IMG/VR virus record: IMGVR_UViG_3300023110_001306
Span: 1 to 64,000 of that record
DNA length: 64,000 bases
Source: an uncultured virus (IMG/VR IMGVR_UViG_3300023110_001306)
Lineage: Duplodnaviria; Heunggongvirae; Uroviricota; Caudoviricetes
Direction: 5' to 3' (one strand)
The notes beneath the pieces are model-generated. The model had not been told where the DNA came from. It did not search any database and saw nothing but the letters and a program-made list of their open reading frames with translations. The first letter of the stretch is position 1. Each line of letters opens with the position of its first letter. Of the stretch, positions 9,386 to 18,307 are shown in pieces. Made by a program: the position numbers and the translations under genes.

Positions 9386-9800
9386 TTCGCTCTTTCTCCG
9401 TTAATGGACTGCCCATGGCAATCTCTACACATCTCATTGCTTTCTTAGATGCATTGTTTATAATACGTTCTACTGCACGATCTTTATCAATGGCAAGTTT
9501 GCCGATATCTCTAACTTCACCTTTGCCATTAATTTTGTTAAAACGTTCATCAAGCGATTTAAATTCTGCTTGTAGAACTCTATTTTTCTCTTCAAGTTCT
9601 TTATTTGCGGCTAGTATAGCAGTAAAATCTTTTTGCTGTTGTTCTATAACTGCTTTTTGGTCTGCTACACTTTCTTGTAATTTAGCATTGTTGGCTTCAC
9701 TAATAGCAAGATCACTTTTAAGTGTTTTTACATACATAAAACCACCGCCGGCACCTGCCAACATAAACAATACTAACGCAATTTTAATTGAACTAAACAT
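9315..9800 (-). CDS. i-spanin (Rz-like)
   Basis: Start MFSSIKIAL; N-terminal TM, long coiled coil and two C-terminal Cys; follows the endolysin. Confidence 0.7.
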   Translation of the reverse strand: MFSSIKIALVLFMLAGAGGGFMYVKTLKSDLAISEANNAKLQESVADQKAVIEQQQKDFTAILAANKELEEKNRVLQAEFKSLDERFNKINGKGEVRDIGKLAIDKDRAVERIINNASKKAMRCVEIAMGSPLTEKERNATKKSEINSECPSLANPNYVPY

Positions 9801-9927
9801 TTTCTTCCTCTGTATAACGCGGTTGTTCGCAAACAACTATGTCGATAGGCTTATTGTCACCATCTGTGAAAGTTTCAATTAGCCTACCTTCGTGTTCTCT
9901 ACCGCAGTTTAAACAGGTTTGACTCAT
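9793..9927 (-). CDS. 44-aa Cys-containing protein (not in the ORF track)
   Basis: MSQTCLNCGREHEG...VVCEQPRY; ATGA coupling to the endolysin stop. Confidence 0.55.
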   Translation of the reverse strand: MSQTCLNCGREHEGRLIETFTDGDNKPIDIVVCEQPRYTEEENV

Positions 9928-10436
9928 ACCATTTTAAGTGCGAGTTCAGTAGTTTCTGTTACTCTGCGAGTCCATCCTCTACCGAAAGTTTCAAAAGTAC
10001 TTAATTGTTCATAGTATGATTGACGTGCTTCTTGGAAATTTTTAATAGCAGTCTCAACACCTTCTGAATCAACATAAGTTGCTAATGCTTTTAATGTATT
10101 TGGACCAATACCGCCGTCAGCAACAGTACCAATCATACGTTGTAAGTACTTTGCAGAACGACCAGTGCCTGCATTGACACCAAAGTCAAATACACATAAG
10201 TCAAGACCTGCTGGAATGTCATCGCACTTCATACGGTCCCAATAATTTTTTCTGTAAATGGGAGCAACATCTTCAACTAAAAGATCTTTCATGTCTTTAG
10301 TTCCGCCCCATTCTTCGTAAACCCTTTTTGTAACACCTAAGTTAGTTTCCCCACCTGGATCTTTCGGATGGTTTACATATCCGCCTTCGTGATGAAGGAT
10401 GGTTTCTAAACACTTATCGTAGTTTTCACTTGCCAT
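9924..10436 (-). CDS. Endolysin, glycoside hydrolase family 108 with a peptidoglycan-binding domain
   Basis: HEGGYVNHPKDPGGETNLGVT; FDFGVNAG; ADGGIGPNTL; FGRGWTRRV. Confidence 0.92.
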   Translation of the reverse strand: MASENYDKCLETILHHEGGYVNHPKDPGGETNLGVTKRVYEEWGGTKDMKDLLVEDVAPIYRKNYWDRMKCDDIPAGLDLCVFDFGVNAGTGRSAKYLQRMIGTVADGGIGPNTLKALATYVDSEGVETAIKNFQEARQSYYEQLSTFETFGRGWTRRVTETTELALKMV

Positions 10437-10448
10437 ATTTTAATAATC

Positions 10449-11165
10449 CTATCTTTTTGTTAACACTAATGAATAATCATTGTGTTCGATTAGAAACTTA
10501 TCACCGTATTTTTCGATATCAAAGTCTCCAATATATTTAGTTAGGAAAACTATTTCAGGAAAAGAATTGATATTGTATGACTCGGTAACTGTTTTATTAA
10601 CATCTGATGATTTACCAAAATCTACAATATTAAATTTTAATGTATCAGCATATTGCTTCTTCATTATAAGGATAGTTTCGTTGATAATATCAATGCTATC
10701 AACATAACTTTTGCTAAAGAAGTTTTTAACATTATCCATATTACTTTCGTTAACTTTAACTTCATAAGCATCTTTGTCTAACGGAATAGTTTCACCTAAT
10801 TGCTCTTCTGATGAAGGCAAACTTTTAAAACTCTTATAATATCTAAACTTCATATCTTCAATGCCTGATACTTTTTTCACACCGTCAATAATTTCTAAAA
10901 TTTGTGCAGGAACATCTTTCATTCTTTCTAGTTCAACAAACACTTTATAAGTACCATCGCTTTGTTCACCTGATGTAACATCAGCATCTAGTACAAATGG
11001 ATATCCTTTTTCAATAAAGTTCATTAAATCTCTGCCTGAAGTTTCAGTCATAGTGGAAAAACTTAGGACAACAATATCTTTATCTTCTCCCATCTTAGAT
11101 TTAAATGAATCAATTTCGTAAATTCTGTAAACTAGATCTTTAAGATCGTCTGCTCTTAGTCCCAT
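10449..11165 (-). CDS. Conserved-looking phage hypothetical protein
   Basis: 238 aa coupled ORF; IDSFKSKMG...VVLSF. Confidence 0.65.
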   Translation of the reverse strand: MGLRADDLKDLVYRIYEIDSFKSKMGEDKDIVVLSFSTMTETSGRDLMNFIEKGYPFVLDADVTSGEQSDGTYKVFVELERMKDVPAQILEIIDGVKKVSGIEDMKFRYYKSFKSLPSSEEQLGETIPLDKDAYEVKVNESNMDNVKNFFSKSYVDSIDIINETILIMKKQYADTLKFNIVDFGKSSDVNKTVTESYNINSFPEIVFLTKYIGDFDIEKYGDKFLIEHNDYSLVLTKR

Positions 11166-11683
11166 TATAAGCCACCTTCTGCCGCAACGTCTGCTTCTTG
11201 TGGAGCCGCCGCATCGCCACCTGGATTAGTTTCAGCAACTGCTGGTTCTTTTAAGTAATCTAGTTGTTCTGCGTAACCACTGTAGATGTTAAGAATTAAT
11301 TCTTTAGGCATTTTAATTTTAACAACCCAAATAGGATGTCTATCTAGTTTTCCTTTTTTAGTACCAGGACGAACATCGTCTGGTTCTTTAATTTTTCTTG
11401 GTTTAATAATCTGTGTTTTTTCGTATGATACTTGACAATCATAATCTAGTAAACGTTTACCACCTTGTGGATCAGGCATTCTATCTCTAGGCCACATAAA
11501 CGAGCAACTAACCCAATGTCTTTCAATATCAGGACCTGAAACTAATTCACCGTCCTCCCAATTATCATATACATATAGGTCTAGTTCATCTAAAACTCTT
11601 TCAAAGTCTTTTAAAACTGAAAGAGCAGAATCACTATCGTAAATGTTTTCAATATTTTTAACTAGATCTAAAACGTCATACAT
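11165..11683 (-). CDS. Conserved-looking jumbo-phage hypothetical protein
   Basis: 172 aa; DFERVLDELDLYVYDNWEDGELV.GP...MPDP.GG; late promoter at 11711-11717. Confidence 0.65.
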   Translation of the reverse strand: MYDVLDLVKNIENIYDSDSALSVLKDFERVLDELDLYVYDNWEDGELVSGPDIERHWVSCSFMWPRDRMPDPQGGKRLLDYDCQVSYEKTQIIKPRKIKEPDDVRPGTKKGKLDRHPIWVVKIKMPKELILNIYSGYAEQLDYLKEPAVAETNPGGDAAAPQEADVAAEGGL

Positions 11684-11773
11684 ATTATTATCACCTATGC
11701 TTTATATACTTATTTATCCGGTTTGCGTTTATAAGTATGCAGTTTTGTCTCTGCAAAATCGACTAAATATTTT

Positions 11774-11822
11774 TAGTAAGCACTAAAACAAGTGTGTTTA
11801 CGGACATACTAAGTGCCTACTA
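11774..11822 (+). promoter_or_regulatory. Structured 5' leader hairpin of phoH
   Basis: Outer stem TAGTA-A-GCACT/AGTGC-C-TACTA; inner stem AGTGTGTT-TACG-GACATACT with a UNCG-type loop. Confidence 0.5.
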
Positions 11823-11853
11823 TGACTACTTATAACTCATGAAGGAGGACTTA

Positions 11854-12570
11854 ATGGGTGCAAAAAGAGCCAAACGGCAAAACTACTCTAATAACGGTTC
11901 AAATGTTATTAGTTTTAATCAATCTAAAAAACAAGTTAACATACTTCCAAGAAATAAATCACAAGAAACATATATGCTAAAACTGTTGGATAACAAGAAG
12001 GACATAGTCTTCGGTGTAGGTCCAGCGGGAACCGGTAAAACGCTTCTAGCAGTACAGGTGGCTATTAAAGCATTTAAAGAAGGAGTTGTTGACAAGATTG
12101 TAATCACGAGGCCAGCAGTTTCTGTTGATGAAGATTTAGGGTTTTTACCAGGATCAATGGAAGAAAAAATGGCACCGTGGACCCGACCGATCTTTGATGT
12201 ATTAAAGGAGTACTATAATAAGAAAGAAATAGAAAATATGATTTACGATGGTGTTGTAGAAATTGCACCACTAAGTTATATGCGTGGTCGGACGTTTAAA
12301 AAAGCATTTATTGTTGCAGATGAGATGCAAAATGCCACACCTAACCAAATGAAAATGCTACTTACAAGAATAGGAGAAGGTAGCCAAATGGCAGTAACGG
12401 GTGATTTAGCACAGGCAGATAGAATTAAGAGTAACGGACTTCTTGATTTTATTAAATCATTAGAGCATCACCATGCAACTAAGCACATTGACATAGTCAG
12501 ATTTCATCAAAATGATATTGAGAGACATGAAGCAGTTAAGGAGGTGCTTGAAGTCTACGGAGACGAGTAA
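11854..12570 (+). CDS. phoH: PhoH family ATPase
   Basis: GPAGTGKT, LGFLPG, YMRGRTF, DEMQN and TGDLAQAD motifs; SD GGAGG before the ATG at 11854. Confidence 0.95.
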   Translation: MGAKRAKRQNYSNNGSNVISFNQSKKQVNILPRNKSQETYMLKLLDNKKDIVFGVGPAGTGKTLLAVQVAIKAFKEGVVDKIVITRPAVSVDEDLGFLPGSMEEKMAPWTRPIFDVLKEYYNKKEIENMIYDGVVEIAPLSYMRGRTFKKAFIVADEMQNATPNQMKMLLTRIGEGSQMAVTGDLAQADRIKSNGLLDFIKSLEHHHATKHIDIVRFHQNDIERHEAVKEVLEVYGDE

Positions 12571-13317
12571 TTAATTATCGCCAGGAAGGTCTGTATCGTT
12601 TCTATCTAAGATATAGGTCTTCTTGGCGTGTTGCCATTTAGACCAGCCATTAAAAATCATTTTTAATTGTTTGATAATGGCATTGTGCCTGTTAACGGCA
12701 GTTTCAGATAAGTCGCCTGAACGGGCAACTACGGGTTCTCTTCTAATTGGAATAACCTGTACTAAAGGTTCACCCATTTTAATTTTAGTTAACTTAGGTT
12801 CTTTTAACATAATATTAATAGGACTAATAAGAGCACCTACATCATGATCAATAACCCCAGGAATTGCGTCCCAATTCTTTTCTTCATGAAACCACATTGG
12901 TTGATATAGTAGACTCCAACCTGGTTTACTATATATTTTCCAAGGACAGTCCAGTTTTACTGCTGTTCTTACACCGTATTGTTTAATAAAACTATTACCT
13001 ACTTGATCGGCAGGATGATAAGCACCGTTGTAATCGGGGTCTGAATATCGAGTTTCAACATATTGTCCGTCTGGTCTTGGATTTATTTCTATATCGCACC
13101 AAGCAGGAATAACATATCCCATTTGCATATAGTCTCCGATACCTGGACAAGCACGAACGGTTTGATCGCTATCAATTTTGTGTGTTTCTTTTTTAGTAAA
13201 CACAGGAATATCTTTCCAAGCCTGTGGTAAAAATTCTTTTGCAGGTAAAATTGGAGCGTGTTTTCTTACAGCCCAATTTTCTGTTTCAAAGAATATTACA
13301 GGTTCTTGTTTACTCAT
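12571..13317 (-). CDS. Hypothetical protein, dUTPase-like beta-clip fold suspected
   Basis: TVRACPGIGDYMQMGYVIPAWCD ... PGVID ... GEPLVQVIPI pattern. Confidence 0.55.
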   Translation of the reverse strand: MSKQEPVIFFETENWAVRKHAPILPAKEFLPQAWKDIPVFTKKETHKIDSDQTVRACPGIGDYMQMGYVIPAWCDIEINPRPDGQYVETRYSDPDYNGAYHPADQVGNSFIKQYGVRTAVKLDCPWKIYSKPGWSLLYQPMWFHEEKNWDAIPGVIDHDVGALISPINIMLKEPKLTKIKMGEPLVQVIPIRREPVVARSGDLSETAVNRHNAIIKQLKMIFNGWSKWQHAKKTYILDRNDTDLPGDN

Positions 13318-13994
13318 ACTAATTCTTCTGCTAATGGAAAGATTTTTGCAATAACTTTAGCACAAGCATGAGCAATATCCATGTGTTCTTGCTGTGTACC
13401 GTTAGCACCACGTAATTCAATGTAATGAATCCAAGAACGTAATGTACCGTTCATGTACAATCGTGTCTTAGTACATCCTTCTGGTAGTACAGCACGAGCC
13501 TGTTCTTTAGCAATGCCGTTATCAATTGCCCATTCGTATGCTTCTTTTGCGGCATCAATAACTTTTTGTTGTTGTGATTCCCAATCGTTAATTAGATTCA
13601 TCTCTTGTTGTGTAGTACCTAAGCCAATTGAGTTTTGTCTATTCTTTTCATCTTGTAATCGTGCTTCACGTAGCACAAATTGATTACCAAACTCAGCAGG
13701 ATCAGCATAACGCTGACTAAACTCTTGGAAACTAAATGAACGATGACGCACAATTTGATGTGCAATATCACGTGTAGTATTAATTTCTAAACAAGCACTA
13801 ACCATTTCTAGTGGAGACCAATGTGCGTGTTTGATCAAATACTTTATAAGTTTTTCCGAAGTCTCCTTGTTCATTTGATTGCTAGGATTTGAAACTCTTG
13901 CACAATAGGCAATGAGATCCTGCATATTAGTTAAATGCTGTGCAGTTAAATCTTCAACTGGTGTTGAGTATGATACTAATTTTACATCTGACAT
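13314..13994 (-). CDS. thyX: Flavin-dependent thymidylate synthase
   Basis: RHRSFSFQEFSQRY motif; AKEQARAVLP; TQQEH. Confidence 0.95.
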   Translation of the reverse strand: MSDVKLVSYSTPVEDLTAQHLTNMQDLIAYCARVSNPSNQMNKETSEKLIKYLIKHAHWSPLEMVSACLEINTTRDIAHQIVRHRSFSFQEFSQRYADPAEFGNQFVLREARLQDEKNRQNSIGLGTTQQEMNLINDWESQQQKVIDAAKEAYEWAIDNGIAKEQARAVLPEGCTKTRLYMNGTLRSWIHYIELRGANGTQQEHMDIAHACAKVIAKIFPLAEELV

Positions 13995-13998
13995 TAAT

Positions 13999-14334
13999 TT
14001 ATCCTGTTCTCCATATTACGTGTACACCAAAAGGTGATACTACTGGGTGTGGTCCTAGTTCTCCAACTGGAATATTTAAACAAGCACTTGAAAATTCAAT
14101 AGCCATTTCAGTTGGATCAAACCAACCAAGATCACCACCGTTTGTTTTGCTTGGACAAGCACTATTTTCTCTTGCCATTTGATCAAAACTTACGCCGCCG
14201 CGTTTTAATTCAGCGGTAATTCTTTCGCCTTCTTGCATAGCGAAAGCAATACTTCTACTATGTGTAGAGTTTCTTGCACCTTTAAATGACAACAAGATAT
14301 GACTTGCTCTCATTTTACTTGGAAACTTAGACAT
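13999..14334 (-). CDS. ppiC: Parvulin-type peptidyl-prolyl isomerase
   Basis: RASHILL, ENSACPSKTNGGDLGWF and SPFGVHVI motifs. Confidence 0.9.
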   Translation of the reverse strand: MSKFPSKMRASHILLSFKGARNSTHSRSIAFAMQEGERITAELKRGGVSFDQMARENSACPSKTNGGDLGWFDPTEMAIEFSSACLNIPVGELGPHPVVSPFGVHVIWRTG

Positions 14335-14666
14335 TATTGTCCTCCTGGCTTATCACTAAAATATTTTTCAAATTTACCTTCAACGCCTTGCCATTCTTCT
14401 GCATCTTCAGGTTCAGTACCTTTAACAGTAATGTTAGGCCATTCTTGACTGTATTTAAGATTTAATTGCATCCATTTACCGTCATCCTGGCTTTCAGTGA
14501 TAATTGCTTCTGCTGGACATTCTGGTTCACATACACCGCAATCAATACATTCGTCAGGGTTAATTACAAGCATATTTTCACCTTCATAAAAGCAGTCTAC
14601 CGGACATACTTCTACGCAATCCATGTGTTTACATTTAATACACTTGTCGTTAACTAAGTAACTCAT
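14334..14666 (-). CDS. fdxA: FdxA-type (7Fe) ferredoxin
   Basis: [43 protein letters not shown]. Confidence 0.92.
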   Translation of the reverse strand: MSYLVNDKCIKCKHMDCVEVCPVDCFYEGENMLVINPDECIDCGVCEPECPAEAIITESQDDGKWMQLNLKYSQEWPNITVKGTEPEDAEEWQGVEGKFEKYFSDKPGGQ

Positions 14667-15580
14667 TATAACCTCGCAAGTTTAATTAGTGTTGCTGACA
14701 AGTTAATTTCTGGATCAACAACTAGTGTATGATCTACAAGTCCTTGTTTGATAATTAAAATTGCTTTATCTTGTGTTTCTTCATCGCCAAACAATTCAAT
14801 ATTGTCATACAACCAACGATAAATTTCTTCCATCTCTTCTGTACGAACTGTACCACAAAGAAGTTTACGTGCTTCTTTAATTTTGCCTGCTTTAAACAGT
14901 TCAACCATATCAAGTTTCCAGTCTGCTTCTGACTTATCACTTTCATTTGGTGCAAGTAACTTTCCATCTTGAGAATTCATTTGTACCATATTGATACATT
15001 TACGCAAGTCCGGATATGTTGCTTTTACATAAGTGTCTAATGTATCTAAATCAGGTTGTACACCTTCTGTAATTAGAATTTCTGCTACACGAGCAGTAAA
15101 CTCTGTTTGATCTACTTTAGCAATATGGAATCCTTGACACCTACTGTGAATAGCAGGAATAATTCTGTTTGGGTAGTTACAAGTTAAGATAAAACGTGCA
15201 GTAGTATGATATTCTTCCATTACACCACGTAGTGCCGCCTGTGCGTTTGGACTCAAGTAATCAGCCTCGTCTAGCAGTACAACCTTAAACTCACCAAATG
15301 GAATCATTTGTACAAAGTTTACAATCTTATCACGAACGTCATCTACTGAGTTTGTTCGCGATGCGTTAATTTCTAGTATGTCTAAGTCGTTAATTTCTAG
15401 TTCATTGAAAAGAATCTTAGCAAGTGTTGTTTTACCAATACCTGCATTACCACTAAACAACAAATGCGGAATTGTACCTTCTTTAATCCAGTTCTTTACT
15501 TGTGATTTTTGATGTTCATCTCTGAACACATAACCATCTACTGTTTTAGGACGATATTTTTCTACCCATAGTTCTTTCAT
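14666..15580 (-). CDS. Clamp loader subunit (T4 gp44 / RFC small subunit-like)
   Basis: [25 protein letters not shown] and HSRC motifs. Confidence 0.92.
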   Translation of the reverse strand: MKELWVEKYRPKTVDGYVFRDEHQKSQVKNWIKEGTIPHLLFSGNAGIGKTTLAKILFNELEINDLDILEINASRTNSVDDVRDKIVNFVQMIPFGEFKVVLLDEADYLSPNAQAALRGVMEEYHTTARFILTCNYPNRIIPAIHSRCQGFHIAKVDQTEFTARVAEILITEGVQPDLDTLDTYVKATYPDLRKCINMVQMNSQDGKLLAPNESDKSEADWKLDMVELFKAGKIKEARKLLCGTVRTEEMEEIYRWLYDNIELFGDEETQDKAILIIKQGLVDHTLVVDPEINLSATLIKLARL

Positions 15581-15750
15581 TTATTTGCCTCTTCTTTTTT
15601 CTTTCGACGTTTTGTGTAAAATCCGCCTTTGTAATCTATATTATCAGAACGTTCGCCCGTTTCGCAATATGTAATCTTACCACCTTTAGCCAAATATTCA
15701 TCAATCATTCTTTGTGTTTCGTCATCTGTTTTACGAGGTACTGGGTTCAT
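15577..15750 (-). CDS. 57-aa protein with an IDEYLAKGGKIT motif (SutA RNAP-binding-like)
   Basis: Hand translation MNPVPRKTDDETQRMIDEYLAKGGKITYC...; ATGA-coupled at both ends. Confidence 0.6.
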   Translation of the reverse strand: MNPVPRKTDDETQRMIDEYLAKGGKITYCETGERSDNIDYKGGFYTKRRKKKEEANK

Positions 15751-16154
15751 GCCTGTTCTATCCTTTTTCTTAGTCCACTTGTACTAAATGAATGTTGACG
15801 TTTATTATAGTATATTTCTATGCCTTTGTCAACACAAATCTGTTTACCAGTAAAGTCATTATCTCTGTATTCTTCACCAATAAATCGTACATCAATTTGG
15901 TATGTTAATAATATATCAATTAAATCTTTTTCTGTTTCATAGGGAATAATTTGATCAATGTATTTGCACCCTTCAAGTTGAACGTAGCGTTCAAAAACAC
16001 TTTGGATTGGTTTATTCTTTTCAGGCCGATCAATAGTTGGATCTGTTTGTAGTCCTACCATCATGTAATCACAGTTGTTACGTGCTTCTTTTAACATAGC
16101 AACGTGTCCGCTGTGAAATAAGTCAAATGATGAAAAAGTAATTCCTATCTTCAT
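15747..16154 (-). CDS. Glycerol-3-phosphate cytidylyltransferase-like (TagD family)
   Basis: SSFDLFHSGH, GLQTDP, IGEEY and RQHSFSTSGLR motifs. Confidence 0.85.
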   Translation of the reverse strand: MKIGITFSSFDLFHSGHVAMLKEARNNCDYMMVGLQTDPTIDRPEKNKPIQSVFERYVQLEGCKYIDQIIPYETEKDLIDILLTYQIDVRFIGEEYRDNDFTGKQICVDKGIEIYYNKRQHSFSTSGLRKRIEQA

Positions 16155-16318
16155 TTTCTTTTAGGTGCCTGTTCTTCGCCTATACCCATAATAATCAATA
16201 ATACATACAGCAAAGGCCATGCCCATCCTGTTAAATATCCTAAAATGTGTAAGACCATTAATGCTATACCGGTTGCACCAGCAGTACCAATACCAGTATT
16301 TTTATTTTGAAAATACAT
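16151..16318 (-). CDS. 55-aa membrane protein (not in the ORF track)
   Basis: MYFQNKNTGIGTAGATGIALMVLHILGYLTGWAWPLLY...; SD AGGAG. Confidence 0.6.
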   Translation of the reverse strand: MYFQNKNTGIGTAGATGIALMVLHILGYLTGWAWPLLYVLLIIMGIGEEQAPKRK

Positions 16319-16337
16319 ATCTTCTCCTATTGTATAA

Positions 16338-16366
16338 ATTATATAATAAAACTAAGGAAAAGTCAA
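16338..16366 (-). promoter_or_regulatory. Sigma70-like promoter
   Basis: TTGACT-17 nt-TATAAT. Confidence 0.75.
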
Positions 16367-16368
16367 GT

Positions 16369-16992
16369 CTAATTGTGATTAGGAAATATCTTTTCTTGTT
16401 GATCTTTGAATATTGGCATTACAATATTTCTAGATTGTGCAAATGGTGTTGAACGACCACTAAAGACAAACCCAACACTAGTTCTTGGTTCTATTTCTTT
16501 TGGTGGAATCCCTCTATGAATAAATTTACTTGGAAAAACAATGCAACGGCCTTCTTTATATAATACAGACTTGATCATTTTACCACCGTTATCTGGGTTA
16601 TCATCCCAAAAATCCATTCCACTGTCTCCGCTGACTAGATATACCATAGTATAAGCAGGTACATCTTCGCCGCTGTCGACGTGCAATCCACCGACTAGAT
16701 TCTTAGTTGTAATGTTTACTTGTACTTGATTTAATTGTAAGTCACCAATGTTATCACCTAGTTTATCTTTCTGTCCATTGAATGCACTCCATACTGCTTT
16801 TAATTGCCATGGAGCATTTTCAAGTTCTTGGTGTGTCCATTGATTACTAAAAAATTGATGCCCTTGATACGGACCTAATCCTCTATGTCCAAATGACACC
16901 TTAGTATGTGGAATTTCTGCAACTACTTCGTTATGCAACCAACTAGGTACAATATCATCTAATACTATAATGTCATCTGGATTATATTTCAT
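16369..16992 (-). CDS. 2OG-Fe(II) oxygenase
   Basis: HxD (LHVD) ... FPSKFIHRG ... R pattern. Confidence 0.75.
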   Translation of the reverse strand: MKYNPDDIIVLDDIVPSWLHNEVVAEIPHTKVSFGHRGLGPYQGHQFFSNQWTHQELENAPWQLKAVWSAFNGQKDKLGDNIGDLQLNQVQVNITTKNLVGGLHVDSGEDVPAYTMVYLVSGDSGMDFWDDNPDNGGKMIKSVLYKEGRCIVFPSKFIHRGIPPKEIEPRTSVGFVFSGRSTPFAQSRNIVMPIFKDQQEKIFPNHN

Positions 16993-16995
16993 TAA

Positions 16996-17409
16996 TTACA
17001 AATCGCCATCTTTACGATTTTCACTGTAATAAACATCAAACTCGCCACCAGGGTAACGTGCTTTAAGTTTGTTTACGTTTTCTGCAACTACCTCGTTAGG
17101 GTCCAAGCCAAGTGCCCTACAAGAATTAATCCAATACCACATAATATCGCCAAGTTCTCGTTTGCAATGAAAGACAGTTTCATCATCCATTGGTTTACCT
17201 TGGAAGATACATTTTTTAACAATTTCACTAAACTCTCCTCCTTCGGACGCAATACCGATTGCACCTGTTAGCAATAATGCTACATTAACATTTGGGTTAT
17301 TTGCTTCAATGTCTTTTGCCCTATAAAACATTTCAGACAATTGATTACTTTCTTTTGATGTGACTTGTTCTACAAATTCTTTGTATTTGTTTAAATCTAC
17401 GTTACTCAA
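16996..17409 (-). CDS. mazG: MazG-like nucleotide pyrophosphohydrolase
   Basis: SEGGEFSEIVKK, RELGDIMWY and NVNKLKARYP motifs; TTG start with GAGG. Confidence 0.9.
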   Translation of the reverse strand: MSNVDLNKYKEFVEQVTSKESNQLSEMFYRAKDIEANNPNVNVALLLTGAIGIASEGGEFSEIVKKCIFQGKPMDDETVFHCKRELGDIMWYWINSCRALGLDPNEVVAENVNKLKARYPGGEFDVYYSENRKDGDL

Positions 17410-17420
17410 TTTAACCTCTT

Positions 17421-17858
17421 TTATCTTGGTCTGTCTGCAAAGTCCTCAGGACGAGGACCACCGCTATTAAAGTCAGTATTAGTTCCGATTTGCAAATCTT
17501 CTGGCTCTTCTTCTTGCCAGGCTAATATTGCATTTACATCAATTAGTCTAACTTCAATTTCTCCCATATCGGGATCATCTAAAATGATACCACGTGACCA
17601 ACGTCCGTGTTCAACATAGATCCAGTTACCCACAGCATAGGGGTCTTTATTTTCATGTCCGATAGCATAAATTTTACACCATCTTGGACGGATGCCTGCT
17701 TCTTGGCCGTCATCACTTGCGATAATAATACCACCTTTAGTAGTACGTTCTCCAAAGTTCATGTCATAAGCAAGTACGCCATCATGTATCGGTCTAAGTT
17801 TGCCAGTTGCCCTAGTTTTTAACTTAGGACCGGCTCCTAACATCTGCGTATCCATCAT
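17421..17858 (-). CDS. groES: GroES-like co-chaperonin
   Basis: LRPIHDGVL...TTKGGIII...AIG...VGNW pattern. Confidence 0.75.
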   Translation of the reverse strand: MMDTQMLGAGPKLKTRATGKLRPIHDGVLAYDMNFGERTTKGGIIIASDDGQEAGIRPRWCKIYAIGHENKDPYAVGNWIYVEHGRWSRGIILDDPDMGEIEVRLIDVNAILAWQEEEPEDLQIGTNTDFNSGGPRPEDFADRPR

Positions 17859-17862
17859 TTAA

Positions 17863-18279
17863 CTATTCACCTTTCTTTACAAAGTTACCAGCATCGTCTT
17901 CAACCCACTCTGTACCAGTTTCTTCAGCCTCGGCATCAATATCTGCCATTTCTGCTTCTACTGAATTTGCAGGCGCTTCTTTCTTAACTGCTTCTACTTT
18001 AGGAGTAGGAGCCGCCGCTGGTGTTGATGTTGGAGTTGCTGTTTCTTTGCGAGGTGACTCATCTGGAACTGCTTGTGGATGATCTCTATAATATTCGTCT
18101 AGAATATCATCACGACGCCTAATAATTTTACCACCTGGGCCTAATTCATCGCCACGTGCATTTACACGAGCATTTCCAACCGCAGGAGTAAGTTCATTTT
18201 TTTGACGTAGTAAGTCCATGTCAACTTGCTTACCTTGCATTGACTTATAAACTTTACGTCCAGTTTGTTTCATCGCCAT
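17863..18279 (-). CDS. Conserved-looking phage hypothetical protein
   Basis: AVGNARVNARGDELGPGGKII; SD AGGAG; late promoter at 18305-18311. Confidence 0.7.
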   Translation of the reverse strand: MAMKQTGRKVYKSMQGKQVDMDLLRQKNELTPAVGNARVNARGDELGPGGKIIRRRDDILDEYYRDHPQAVPDESPRKETATPTSTPAAAPTPKVEAVKKEAPANSVEAEMADIDAEAEETGTEWVEDDAGNFVKKGE

Positions 18280-18307
18280 ATTATCTTCTCCTTAATTATG
18301 TACGTAT

